Below, piece by piece: positions 1-8,024 of a stretch of 35,232 nt of DNA (within the stretch, counting starts at the first letter, position 1; each line of letters begins with the position of its first letter). The notes beneath the pieces were generated by a model, which did not search any database, had not been told where the DNA came from, and worked only from the letters and a program-made list of their open reading frames with translations. Position numbers and translations under genes: made by a program. Origin of the DNA: a virus. Its lineage: Duplodnaviria > Caudoviricetes. Location of the stretch: positions 1-35,232 of the IMG/VR virus record IMGVR_UViG_3300005077_000062; one strand, given 5' to 3'.

Positions 1-99
1 GAAGAGGAGAAGCCCGACGGAAGCTCCCGTGAGAAGAAGGGGAGCCGCCGCGCAATCGAAACCACGAAGGCACCGCACCAGCGGCTCGCTGATGCCCTC
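1..99. repeat. Terminal direct repeat, copy 1 (circularity overlap)
   Basis: Bases 1-99 are identical to 35134-35232; the scaffold ORF reads in frame across the junction. Confidence 0.97.
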
Positions 100-114
100 G
101 GGAAGCACAAGTAG
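1..114 (+). CDS. C-terminal end of the capsid scaffolding protein (continues from 34636 across the circular junction)
   Basis: Frame 1 reads EEEKPDGSSREKKGSRRAIETTKAPHQRLADALGKHK, stop TAG 112-114, in frame with the ORF starting at 34636. Confidence 0.85.
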   Translation, partial: EEEKPDGSSREKKGSRRAIETTKAPHQRLADALGKHK

Positions 115-157
115 ACGAGAAGAGCGGGCCGCGCGTATCACAAGGAGAACCTGACCC

Positions 158-1066
158 ATGCCGACCTACATCACACTCGCCGAGATGGCGAAGCGCGAGA
201 AGGCGGGAAGCGCCATCGCCGAGCAGCTCAACCGCATCAGCCCGCTCATGTCCATGTTGCCGTTCGAGGTCGTCCCCGGCGGCATCAAGGAGTACGGCGT
301 GCGCGAGGCCCTGCCCAACATCGCCTTCCGTGGCGCGAACGAGACGCTGACGGCCAGCGTCTCCGTGATCAACCCCTACGCCGAGTCCTGTGCCATCGCG
401 GAGTCCAACCCGTGGATCGACCGCGCCGTGGTCACGGGCAACCCTGCCGAGGCGCTGGCGCTCGAGATGCTGGCGCACGTGGAGAAGATCAAGCAGCTCT
501 GGACCGACAGCTTCTTCTACGGCGACCGCGAGGTCACGCCGAAGGGACTGGACGGCGTGAACACGCGCGTGCTGGGCACGGGCAGCCAGTTCGTGAGCGG
601 CGGCGGCAACGGCAGTGACACCATGTCGTGCTGGATCTTCTCCTTCGGCCCGAACCGAGTGCAGGGGATCGTGCCTGACAACCAGGACTACCTCGACGCC
701 CAGATGCTCCCCGGCCTCGTGAAGCACGAGACCCTCAAGGTCATGGGTTACCAGGGGCACGTCTACTTCCGTGCGGGCATCGCGGTGTGTGATCCCCGCG
801 CCATCGCGCAGTACGGCAACCTCGAGTACACCACGAGCAACATGTTCTCGCTCGACGGCTTCGAGGAAGCTCTGTCGCTGGTGAGCCAGCCGAGTGCGGT
901 GTTCATGCCGCGCAAGTGCTGGCTGCGCTTCCAGTCGCAGGCCCGCAGCGCCGTGTCCGCGCTGATGCGGAACGAGCTGGGCCAGTGGTTCGCGGACTAC
1001 GGCGGTCTCCCCATCTTCATCGAAGAGGCGCTGACCATCACCGAGACCGTGAAGGCCACGAGCTAA
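158..1066 (+). CDS. Major capsid protein (HK97-fold)
   Basis: 302 aa; RBS AAGGAG; follows the scaffold gene; motifs TLAEMAKR, LPNIAFRGANE, FFYGD...PKGLDG and YGGLPI are typical of this MCP type; very high GC3. Confidence 0.85.
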   Translation: MPTYITLAEMAKREKAGSAIAEQLNRISPLMSMLPFEVVPGGIKEYGVREALPNIAFRGANETLTASVSVINPYAESCAIAESNPWIDRAVVTGNPAEALALEMLAHVEKIKQLWTDSFFYGDREVTPKGLDGVNTRVLGTGSQFVSGGGNGSDTMSCWIFSFGPNRVQGIVPDNQDYLDAQMLPGLVKHETLKVMGYQGHVYFRAGIAVCDPRAIAQYGNLEYTTSNMFSLDGFEEALSLVSQPSAVFMPRKCWLRFQSQARSAVSALMRNELGQWFADYGGLPIFIEEALTITETVKATS

Positions 1067-1110
1067 CCGACAACCGGCGCTCGTAGCGCCTCAGAATGGA
1101 GGGCAACACC

Positions 1111-1518
1111 ATGCCCAAGATCGGAACGGACATCAAGACGCGGTTCATCCCGCCCGTCGACGCGCAGGCCCTTTGCAGCGATGCGACCGCCTTCACGACC
1201 GATGCGACCGTCATCGGCAGCGGCTACGTGGACATCGGCTCCTCCGTCGTGGGGAGTCCCAGCGGCATCGGCGTGTGGTTCGTGCCGAAGCACGTGAGCG
1301 GCGGAACCAGCGTGACCTTCAAGCTCTACGGGGACGCCAGCGGCACCGCCGGATCGGAAGTCCTCGTGATGACCAGCAAGACCTACACGGTCGCCACGCT
1401 GGAGCCGATCTTCATGCCGATCCCTGACAACTTCGGCTACCAGTACGTGGCCGCGGGCGTCACCACGGTCGGCGCGGTCACCGGGACGTGGACGGCGTGG
1501 GTGGGCCGCAACCAGTAG
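1111..1518 (+). CDS. Probable capsid cement/decoration protein (Bbp16-like beta-sandwich)
   Basis: 135 aa, beta-rich, immediately after the MCP; GGAGGG RBS before ATG 1111; C-terminal YQYVAAGVTTVGAVTGTWTAWV pattern. Confidence 0.6.
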   Translation: MPKIGTDIKTRFIPPVDAQALCSDATAFTTDATVIGSGYVDIGSSVVGSPSGIGVWFVPKHVSGGTSVTFKLYGDASGTAGSEVLVMTSKTYTVATLEPIFMPIPDNFGYQYVAAGVTTVGAVTGTWTAWVGRNQ

Positions 1519-1519
1519 A

Positions 1520-1586
1520 CTCGTCTCGCAGCCTCCTGCCTGTCTGTGACGAGAGGGGAGCCGTCGTCTTGGCCCGGCGGCTCCCC
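1520..1586 (+). other. Tandem intergenic hairpins after the capsid genes (mRNA stabiliser or attenuator)
   Basis: CTCGTC..GCAG/CTGT.GACGAG at 1520-1553 and GGGGAGCCG/CGGCTCCCC at 1555-1586; no U-tract. Confidence 0.5.
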
Positions 1587-1618
1587 ACCCTACCAACGCC
1601 AAAGCGAGGATGTATCAC

Positions 1619-1915
1619 ATGATCATCGTGTGCAAGAAGGACAAGAAGGGCAACCCGATTCCCGGCACGGTGAGGGAGATCGGCGACTGCTATCTGAAGA
1701 GCTACCTCGCATCCGACGAGTGGATGGTCGTCCCTGTCGGCTCGAGCCTCGCCAGCGAAGCGGTCAAGCCCGTGCTGAAGGCCCAGCACGCCGAGAAGAA
1801 GGGCGACGTCAAGCCCGTGTTCGGCCCGCCCTCCAAGATGGTCGCCGTGTCTCACGAGCCTCCGGCTGAGCCTGCCAATCCTGCGAAGCCTGCGGAGCCT
1901 GCGAAGGGAGCGTGA
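1619..1915 (+). CDS. Hypothetical virion-module protein with Pro/Ala/Lys-rich tail
   Basis: GAGGA RBS before ATG 1619; 9-nt repeats encode PAEPANPAKPAEPAK. Confidence 0.7.
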   Translation: MIIVCKKDKKGNPIPGTVREIGDCYLKSYLASDEWMVVPVGSSLASEAVKPVLKAQHAEKKGDVKPVFGPPSKMVAVSHEPPAEPANPAKPAEPAKGA

Positions 1916-1918
1916 CGC

Positions 1919-2323
1919 ATGGCACTCTCGAACCCTGCTGTCTACTCGGATGTGGTGGCCCTGATGAGCCGCTACGCCGACTACGGCCTCTCGACCTCGA
2001 TGCTCACGACGTACTTGGCAAGCGCGTACAACTACGTGCAGATGCTCCTCTACGAGCAGGGCGTGGACCATGCCAAGATCGACAGCGACGACAGCGTGGC
2101 GTTCAAGCGCGTCATCGTGTTCAAGGCCCTCGAGCTGATCTACCAAGACCTGCAAGTCGGGAGCGGAGAAGGCAACGAGCGGTTCGCAGAGCAGCAGGCC
2201 GACTGGGAGAGGCGCTTCGACGACGCGTGGCCGAACATCCAATACACCGTGGACACCGACGACGACGGGACAGGTGACACGGAGGTCGAAGGCCCGACCA
2301 TCGTGACCCTCAGGCGGAGCTGA
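1919..2323 (+). CDS. Probable head-tail adaptor/connector
   Basis: 134 aa helical acidic protein in the usual adaptor position after the capsid genes. Confidence 0.6.
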   Translation: MALSNPAVYSDVVALMSRYADYGLSTSMLTTYLASAYNYVQMLLYEQGVDHAKIDSDDSVAFKRVIVFKALELIYQDLQVGSGEGNERFAEQQADWERRFDDAWPNIQYTVDTDDDGTGDTEVEGPTIVTLRRS

Positions 2324-2327
2324 CGCC

Positions 2328-2801
2328 ATGTCCTTCACGACCCCTACGTGGAAGAACCACACCACCGTCATCAGCGAGCGTGTTACAAGCGCCCTCGTTC
2401 CTGCCACGGGCTATGCGTGGCAGAACGCCGAGCCGGGGTTCATCCCCACTCCTGCAAACCTCGACACGCCGAAAGCGTGGATCGAGTTCCTTCCGCAGGA
2501 GCCGATAGAGGAGTTGGGCACGGACTTCCATTGGCTTCAGCCCGTCGAACTCAATCTCGCAACGCTCGTGAAGCGCAGCGGTGTAACACGACAGGCCGCG
2601 ATTGACAGCGTAGGCTTTGCCGTGCAGACACTCCTCAACCCGCTCGATGAGGACTACGTGGTGGACGCCTTCCATCGTGGGGTGGTCAGCGACTACGAAA
2701 TTGACTGGCACCAGAACACGCCGGAACTGCTGTGGGCGAAGGTTCTCCTGCGGTACCGCTGCGTGCGCCCGTGGAAAGAACCCGAGACCCCGAAAGAATA
2801 G
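2328..2801 (+). CDS. Probable tail terminator/neck protein
   Basis: 157 aa upstream of the tail tube gene; synteny and size. Confidence 0.55.
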   Translation: MSFTTPTWKNHTTVISERVTSALVPATGYAWQNAEPGFIPTPANLDTPKAWIEFLPQEPIEELGTDFHWLQPVELNLATLVKRSGVTRQAAIDSVGFAVQTLLNPLDEDYVVDAFHRGVVSDYEIDWHQNTPELLWAKVLLRYRCVRPWKEPETPKE

Positions 2802-2813
2802 GAGACGGCTACG

Positions 2814-2954
2814 ATGCCGAAGACCCAGTATCGTGACGAAGAGGGCAACCTCGTCAACACCGGGAGTCCGGCCCCGAAGCCGCCGGAAGAGGAGAGCGCG
2901 AAGCCTGTGAAGCCCGCGCCGAAGGAACCGGCCAGCCCGCCGAAGGAGGCATAG
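2814..2954 (+). CDS. Small Pro/Lys/Glu-rich protein (46 aa), absent from the ORF track
   Basis: AGGAG RBS, ATG 2814, MPKTQYRDEEGNLVNTGSPAPKPPEEESAKPVKPAPKEPASPPKEA, TAG abutting the next ATG. Confidence 0.7.
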   Translation: MPKTQYRDEEGNLVNTGSPAPKPPEEESAKPVKPAPKEPASPPKEA

Positions 2955-3968
2955 ATGGGCCACATGCACCTCGTCAATCGGTCGTTCCTGCTCGCCAAGC
3001 GTGAGACGACCTACGGCACCGACAGCAGCCCTGCCGCCGCAGACCTGATCGAGGTCTACGACTTGCAGATGAAGCCGTCGCTGGAGTCGGTCGTGCGAAC
3101 GACCAACAAGGCGAACATCAGTCCCGAGAAGCCTCTCATCGGGAAGCGCAGCAGCGGCGTGTCCTTCAAGGTTCCGCTGTGGGCACAGCCTTCCGGGGCC
3201 ATCTTCGCCGCGCCGCGCTGGACGCGGCTGCTCAAGGCGTGCGGCGTCCTCGGCACCGTGGGCACCAACGTCATCGCCTGCGCCCCGAGTAGCCTGACGC
3301 CGCCGCAGACGAACGGCCCGGACTCCCTGACCATGCTGGTGCTCGACAGTCCGCAGAGCACGAACCTCGGCACGGTGACGAAGCTGCTGGGCTGCGTGGG
3401 CACCGCGAAGTTCGTCCTCGTGAACGGGACGCTCCCCTACATCGAGTTCGAGTTCAGCGGGAGCTACGTCACGCCCGTGGCGTACAACAGCAGCACCCAC
3501 GTCTACTCGGGCAGTGAGGAGACGCTGACGGAGGTTCCGTGGTTGGCGACCCTGCTCACCGTCCGCAAGAACGTGGACTCCACCCCGGTCAACCTCTCCT
3601 CCAGCCTCGCTGCGATCCAGAGCATCGAACTCGATCTCGGCATGACGGTGGCGATGCGCGAGAGTTGTATCACGGCCAGCGGCGTCCTCGGCTTCTTCCA
3701 CTCCAGCCGTGCGCCGAAGATGACCATCAATCCCGAGCGTGATACACCGGGGACCATCGACTGGTGGACGCTGATGACTGCGGGCACGGTCATCGACGTG
3801 AAGGCTACCTTCGGCAGCGGCAACCGCGGCTACGTCTATGGGAAGTATGGGGTCATCACGGCGATCACTCCCGGCGACCGCAACGGCGTGGCCGTGGATC
3901 AGGTCGAGGTCAGCCTCTTCGGCGACGACAACGAGTTCGAGGTCTACACTACCTACGCCGCATCGTAG
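2955..3968 (+). CDS. Major tail (tube) protein
   Basis: 337 aa; N-terminal LLAKRETTYGTD and PRWTRLLKACG motifs typical of tail tube proteins; precedes chaperone and tape measure genes. Confidence 0.8.
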   Translation: MGHMHLVNRSFLLAKRETTYGTDSSPAAADLIEVYDLQMKPSLESVVRTTNKANISPEKPLIGKRSSGVSFKVPLWAQPSGAIFAAPRWTRLLKACGVLGTVGTNVIACAPSSLTPPQTNGPDSLTMLVLDSPQSTNLGTVTKLLGCVGTAKFVLVNGTLPYIEFEFSGSYVTPVAYNSSTHVYSGSEETLTEVPWLATLLTVRKNVDSTPVNLSSSLAAIQSIELDLGMTVAMRESCITASGVLGFFHSSRAPKMTINPERDTPGTIDWWTLMTAGTVIDVKATFGSGNRGYVYGKYGVITAITPGDRNGVAVDQVEVSLFGDDNEFEVYTTYAAS

Positions 3969-3997
3969 CGGCACAACCAGACAGGCAGGAGCAGGCC

Positions 3998-4483
3998 ATG
4001 CTGTTCAACGCAAGACAACCGAAGACGCTCGTGGAGGATGGCGTGACGTTCACGCTCACGCCTCTCCCCGGGCAGGTTTCGAGCTACCTGAGTGAACTCC
4101 AGCTCGACGTTGCGAAGGCGGAACTGAGTGCGGATGAGCCGTGGATGCCGGGAGGCTTCTCGAGCCTGATGTGGGACTATCTGCGCTTCGGTCTCACGGG
4201 CTGGGATGGCGTGGAAGACGCAGAGGGCAACCCCGTGCCGCCCGTGTTCGACACGATCACGCTTGGCACGATGAAGGTGCGCCGTCTCAGCGACCAGTCG
4301 ATGGACCTCTTCGTGGGGCGTGAGACGCTGGCGACGAAGCTCGGGCTTGAGATTCTCAAGCTCTCCCAGCTCACGCTCGAAGAAAAAAAAGCATCTGGTG
4401 CGTCATCCACCGCACCGAGTTCACCGTCACGCAGCAGGGGCGGCAAGTCCCGCTCTCGTGTGAAGGATGCACGCAGCAAGTAG
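3998..4483 (+). CDS. Tail assembly chaperone (gpG-like)
   Basis: AGGAG RBS, ATG 3998; GLTGWDGVEDAEGNPVP motif; lies between tube and tape measure; contains an A8 slippery run. Confidence 0.8.
   Translation: MLFNARQPKTLVEDGVTFTLTPLPGQVSSYLSELQLDVAKAELSADEPWMPGGFSSLMWDYLRFGLTGWDGVEDAEGNPVPPVFDTITLGTMKVRRLSDQSMDLFVGRETLATKLGLEILKLSQLTLEEKKASGASSTAPSSPSRSRGGKSRSRVKDARSK
4384..4390 (+). other. Programmed -1 ribosomal frameshift slippery site (A AAA AAA)
   Basis: GAA GAA AAA AAA GCA; a -1 slip enters a stop-free frame ending at TGA 4785, just before the tape measure gene. Confidence 0.8.
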
Positions 4484-4785
4484 AGCGCGGCTGCGGGTTG
4501 GTCGGGATGGAGTGTGACCCTCACAACAGGTCGCACTACGCTTGGCCGTGGATGAACCCGAACACGGGCATGATGCCGCAAGACCGCTCTGGATGGGAGC
4601 GGAAGTGTCCCCTGAGTCTCATCACGCATCGTGCTGTGTCACAAGTCAACACCGCGCTGATGGTAGACGCGAAGACGATCACGATAGGCTATGACGAGGC
4701 GTGTAGCCTGCCGAGAATCTTCTGGGATGTCTTGGAGTACGTTCGCAGCGAGCGTCAGGCTATCCAAAGCGAGAGGACTGAGTGA
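4390..4785 (+). CDS. Frameshift extension of the tail assembly chaperone (gpT-like, Cys-rich)
   Basis: The -1 frame reads SIWCVIHRTEF...CEGC...GCG...KCP...SERTE and includes track ORF 4498..4785. Confidence 0.75.
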   Translation, partial: SIWCVIHRTEFTVTQQGRQVPLSCEGCTQQVERGCGLVGMECDPHNRSHYAWPWMNPNTGMMPQDRSGWERKCPLSLITHRAVSQVNTALMVDAKTITIGYDEACSLPRIFWDVLEYVRSERQAIQSERTE

Positions 4786-7625
4786 TGGCTGCGGAAGCCG
4801 GTGCCCGTAAGATTCAGATCGTCCTCGGTCTCGATGACAAGGCCGCAGCGGCGGCGTGGCAGCGGCAGCAGGAACACCTCAAGAAGCTCCACTCCGTTGC
4901 CAACTGGACCTTCGCGGCGATGGGCGCAGCGATGGCTGGCGTGGTCGCCACGGCCTACAAGCTCGGCAGCGCCTACGAACTCCAGATGGCTCGCACAGCA
5001 GGAAACATCAAGGCGACCGCTGCCGAGTTCGACCTGCTCAACGCCGCTGCGAAGAAGGCTGGGCGTGAGACAGTCTTCGGCAGCACGGACGCCGCCCGCG
5101 CCCTCTACAAGCTCACCAGCAGCGGCCTCAATGCGAAGGAGGCCGTTGAGGCTCTCACACCCGCCATCGTTCTCGCCAGCAGCGAGATGATCGACCTCGA
5201 GCAGGCCAGCGGATGGGTGGTCAACACGCTCGGGCAGTTCCAACTCGGCACGAGCCAAGCCATGCGGGCCGTCAACGTGCTGGGCGCAGCGATCACGCTC
5301 GGAAACCAAGACGCGAACGACATGGAAGAGGCGATGAAGTACGCAGGCAGTTCCGCAGCGATCCTCGGAGTATCGCTGGAGGAGACGGCTGCGATGACGG
5401 ACGTGTTCGCCGCCATGGGCATCAAGGGAAGCATGGCAGGCACGAGCATGGGTCAGGTCTTCGCCCAACTGCACTCGCGCACGAAGGACATGTGGCCGTA
5501 CCTCGAAGGCGTGAACGTGCGGACGCAAGGCATGGCAGGCGCGTTGGACAAGATGAAGGAGAACGGTCTCACCGCCGAGAAGGCTCTCGAACTGCTGGGG
5601 CGCAGGGGCGGGCCCGCGCTGGCTGTCATGCTGCGGACAGGCAGCGATGTGCTACGCGAGTTCACGGAGAAGCTGACGGACACGACGTTCGCCGAAGACA
5701 AGATGCGTTACAGCTTCGACAACCTTGCCGGCGACATCATGAAGAACAAAAACGCCTTCAAGGGCATCTTCGTCTCGCTCTACGATGCGGCGAAGCCTGC
5801 GCTCAGGGATGGCGTGCAGATGTTGACCAAAGCCTTCCGCGACTTCGCCAACGAGATCGAGAAGCGGAAGGGAGAGGTCCGCGACTTCGTGAAGACGGCG
5901 CTCAACGGGATCATCGACTTCGGCACCTTTATCGTTAGGAACGGGGACAAGATCAGGAACGGCCTGATGATCATCGTGGCAGGTCTCGCCGCCCTCAAGG
6001 CTGTGAAGATCGCCACGGAGATCATGGCGATTGCGAGTGCGATCAAGCTCTTCCTGCTCATGAATCCCGAGATCGCCGTCATCGCTGCCTTGGCTGCTGG
6101 TCTCACGCAGCTCGGGTTCGCCGTCTCGTCGTACTTCTCGAAGACCAAGGACGCTCCGAAGGAACTCGACGCAGAGGGTCAGGCTTTCCGCAAGCTCGCG
6201 AAGGACATCGAGGACACGCAGAAGGCCATTGATGCCGCGCCTCATGGAGCCGAGCGCGGCGGGATGCTCATGCGGATGAAGGAACTCAAGGCCGCGATGC
6301 ACAGCGTCGTCGTTGGTGAGACATCCGCCACGCAGGCCATTGAGAACCTTGCCGCCGCTGAGAGGCAGGCCGCGCAGGAGACCGCCGACAGGCTGGCAGA
6401 ACAAGTGCGTGAGCGCAATCGCATCCTCGAGGAGGAAGAGGGCGAGCGCATCGCGAAGCAGCGTGAGGCGCAGGAGCGTAGGCTCGAGCTGCTGAAGCAG
6501 GGTCTCACCGAGGAGGAAGCGTGGTACTCGGAGTGGAAGACCTCGGTGCAGAAGAGCGAACTCGACCGTGACCTCGAAGCCGCGAGAGAGAAGGGAGACG
6601 CGATTCGTGACGCGCACCTTCAGCAGTACGAGTTGGAGAAGCTGGACAAGATCAAGTTCAACGACGAACTCTACGAGCTTGAATCCTACTCGTGGCAGCA
6701 GCGGTCAGCGGACAGAGCCTTCTACTACAACGCGTGGATGAATCAGGAGCACTTCTTCCTCGACCAGATGGTGAACGCTTGGCAGTCCGCAGGGAGTGCG
6801 TTGATTGCTGGTGAGACAAGCGGGCGCAAGATTCTCAAGTCGATCAAGCAGGCCGCGCTGAACGAGGTGCTGGGCGTTGTGACACGCTACCTCGCGACCT
6901 CGCTGAGGGTGTGGATGGCAAACCGATTCGCCGAGACGCAGGTCACGAAGATCGCTGAGGCGCAGAAGACGCTGGCGACCGTGAAGGGCACCGCCGCTCG
7001 TGTTGCTGCCCGCACCGCTGACACCGTTGCCAGCACGATCCTCAAGGCCAAGCAGACGGGAGAGATGGCCGCAGCAGTCACGGCGTACTACGCCCGCAGC
7101 GGCCCGCTGGGAATCCCTCTCGCGGCTGCGACCATCGCGGCCTACATCGGAGAGATCAAGTCGGCGCAGGTGGCCGGTACCTTCGCCGAGGGCGGGCGCA
7201 TTCGTGGCCCGGGAAGTGACAAGAGCGACAACCTTCTCATCAAGGCCAGCCCCGATGAGTTCATCATCAACGCCGCTGCCGCTCGCAGCATCGGCTACGA
7301 AGTGCTGGAGCAGGCGAACCGCAGGAGAAGGCTTCCCGGCTACCAGAATGGCGGCGTCGTGATGGACGGGGAGTTCGGTGTGCCACGAACCAACCTCTTC
7401 GATGGCGGGCTTGGAAGGGCCGTGCGGTGGATGAACGCGCCGTGGCAGGCGATCCAAGGGATGTTCCGCCCGCCCACGCCAGAGGGGAGAACGCTTGCGT
7501 TCAACATGGACATCCGGCTCGGGCCGAGCGACATCGAGCGCCGGATTCGCCAATACTTCACTCGTGAAGAAGGCCGCGACTTCTTCCTCGAACTGCTCGA
7601 AGAGTCCAAACTGAGGACAGTCTGA
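4785..7625 (+). CDS. Tape measure protein (TP901/PhageMin_Tail-type core)
   Basis: About 946 aa, Ala-rich helical; GIKGSMAGTSM core motif; hydrophobic segment; C-terminal FAEGGRIRGPGSDKSD...EFIINAAA motif. Confidence 0.92.
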   Translation: MAAEAGARKIQIVLGLDDKAAAAAWQRQQEHLKKLHSVANWTFAAMGAAMAGVVATAYKLGSAYELQMARTAGNIKATAAEFDLLNAAAKKAGRETVFGSTDAARALYKLTSSGLNAKEAVEALTPAIVLASSEMIDLEQASGWVVNTLGQFQLGTSQAMRAVNVLGAAITLGNQDANDMEEAMKYAGSSAAILGVSLEETAAMTDVFAAMGIKGSMAGTSMGQVFAQLHSRTKDMWPYLEGVNVRTQGMAGALDKMKENGLTAEKALELLGRRGGPALAVMLRTGSDVLREFTEKLTDTTFAEDKMRYSFDNLAGDIMKNKNAFKGIFVSLYDAAKPALRDGVQMLTKAFRDFANEIEKRKGEVRDFVKTALNGIIDFGTFIVRNGDKIRNGLMIIVAGLAALKAVKIATEIMAIASAIKLFLLMNPEIAVIAALAAGLTQLGFAVSSYFSKTKDAPKELDAEGQAFRKLAKDIEDTQKAIDAAPHGAERGGMLMRMKELKAAMHSVVVGETSATQAIENLAAAERQAAQETADRLAEQVRERNRILEEEEGERIAKQREAQERRLELLKQGLTEEEAWYSEWKTSVQKSELDRDLEAAREKGDAIRDAHLQQYELEKLDKIKFNDELYELESYSWQQRSADRAFYYNAWMNQEHFFLDQMVNAWQSAGSALIAGETSGRKILKSIKQAALNEVLGVVTRYLATSLRVWMANRFAETQVTKIAEAQKTLATVKGTAARVAARTADTVASTILKAKQTGEMAAAVTAYYARSGPLGIPLAAATIAAYIGEIKSAQVAGTFAEGGRIRGPGSDKSDNLLIKASPDEFIINAAAARSIGYEVLEQANRRRRLPGYQNGGVVMDGEFGVPRTNLFDGGLGRAVRWMNAPWQAIQGMFRPPTPEGRTLAFNMDIRLGPSDIERRIRQYFTREEGRDFFLELLEESKLRTV

Positions 7626-8023
7626 TGGTGTTCAAGAACGCCGCGCTCCTTGAGGTCGTCTTCGACGCCGTTGTCGAAGTAGAGACCGAAGAAGAGATCG
7701 GCCAGATCATCAACCGCGCAGACGACGGCAGCGTTCTCGTCTACACCACGCCTGAGGGAAACACGCGGCGGTGGGACGTGCGCTGCGAGAACATCACGTC
7801 GTCCATGCGCGGTCTCCTCATCGAGTTCTTCCGGCACGGCGCGACGAACTATTACCAATCCTCGTTTCAATGGACTCCCAACAGCGACACGGCGAGCGGG
7901 ACGCCGAACACGGATGACGAGAACTGGAACGGCTACTTCACCGTGCGGCTCGAGAAGCAGTGGAGTGACCGCCTCGTGGGGATCAACCGCCACAACATGG
8001 TCTTCCACTTGGTAGAGGCGTAA
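7625..8023 (+). CDS. Probable distal tail protein
   Basis: 132 aa coupled (TGATG) to the tape measure gene; synteny. Confidence 0.55.
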   Translation: MVFKNAALLEVVFDAVVEVETEEEIGQIINRADDGSVLVYTTPEGNTRRWDVRCENITSSMRGLLIEFFRHGATNYYQSSFQWTPNSDTASGTPNTDDENWNGYFTVRLEKQWSDRLVGINRHNMVFHLVEA

Positions 8024-8024
8024 C

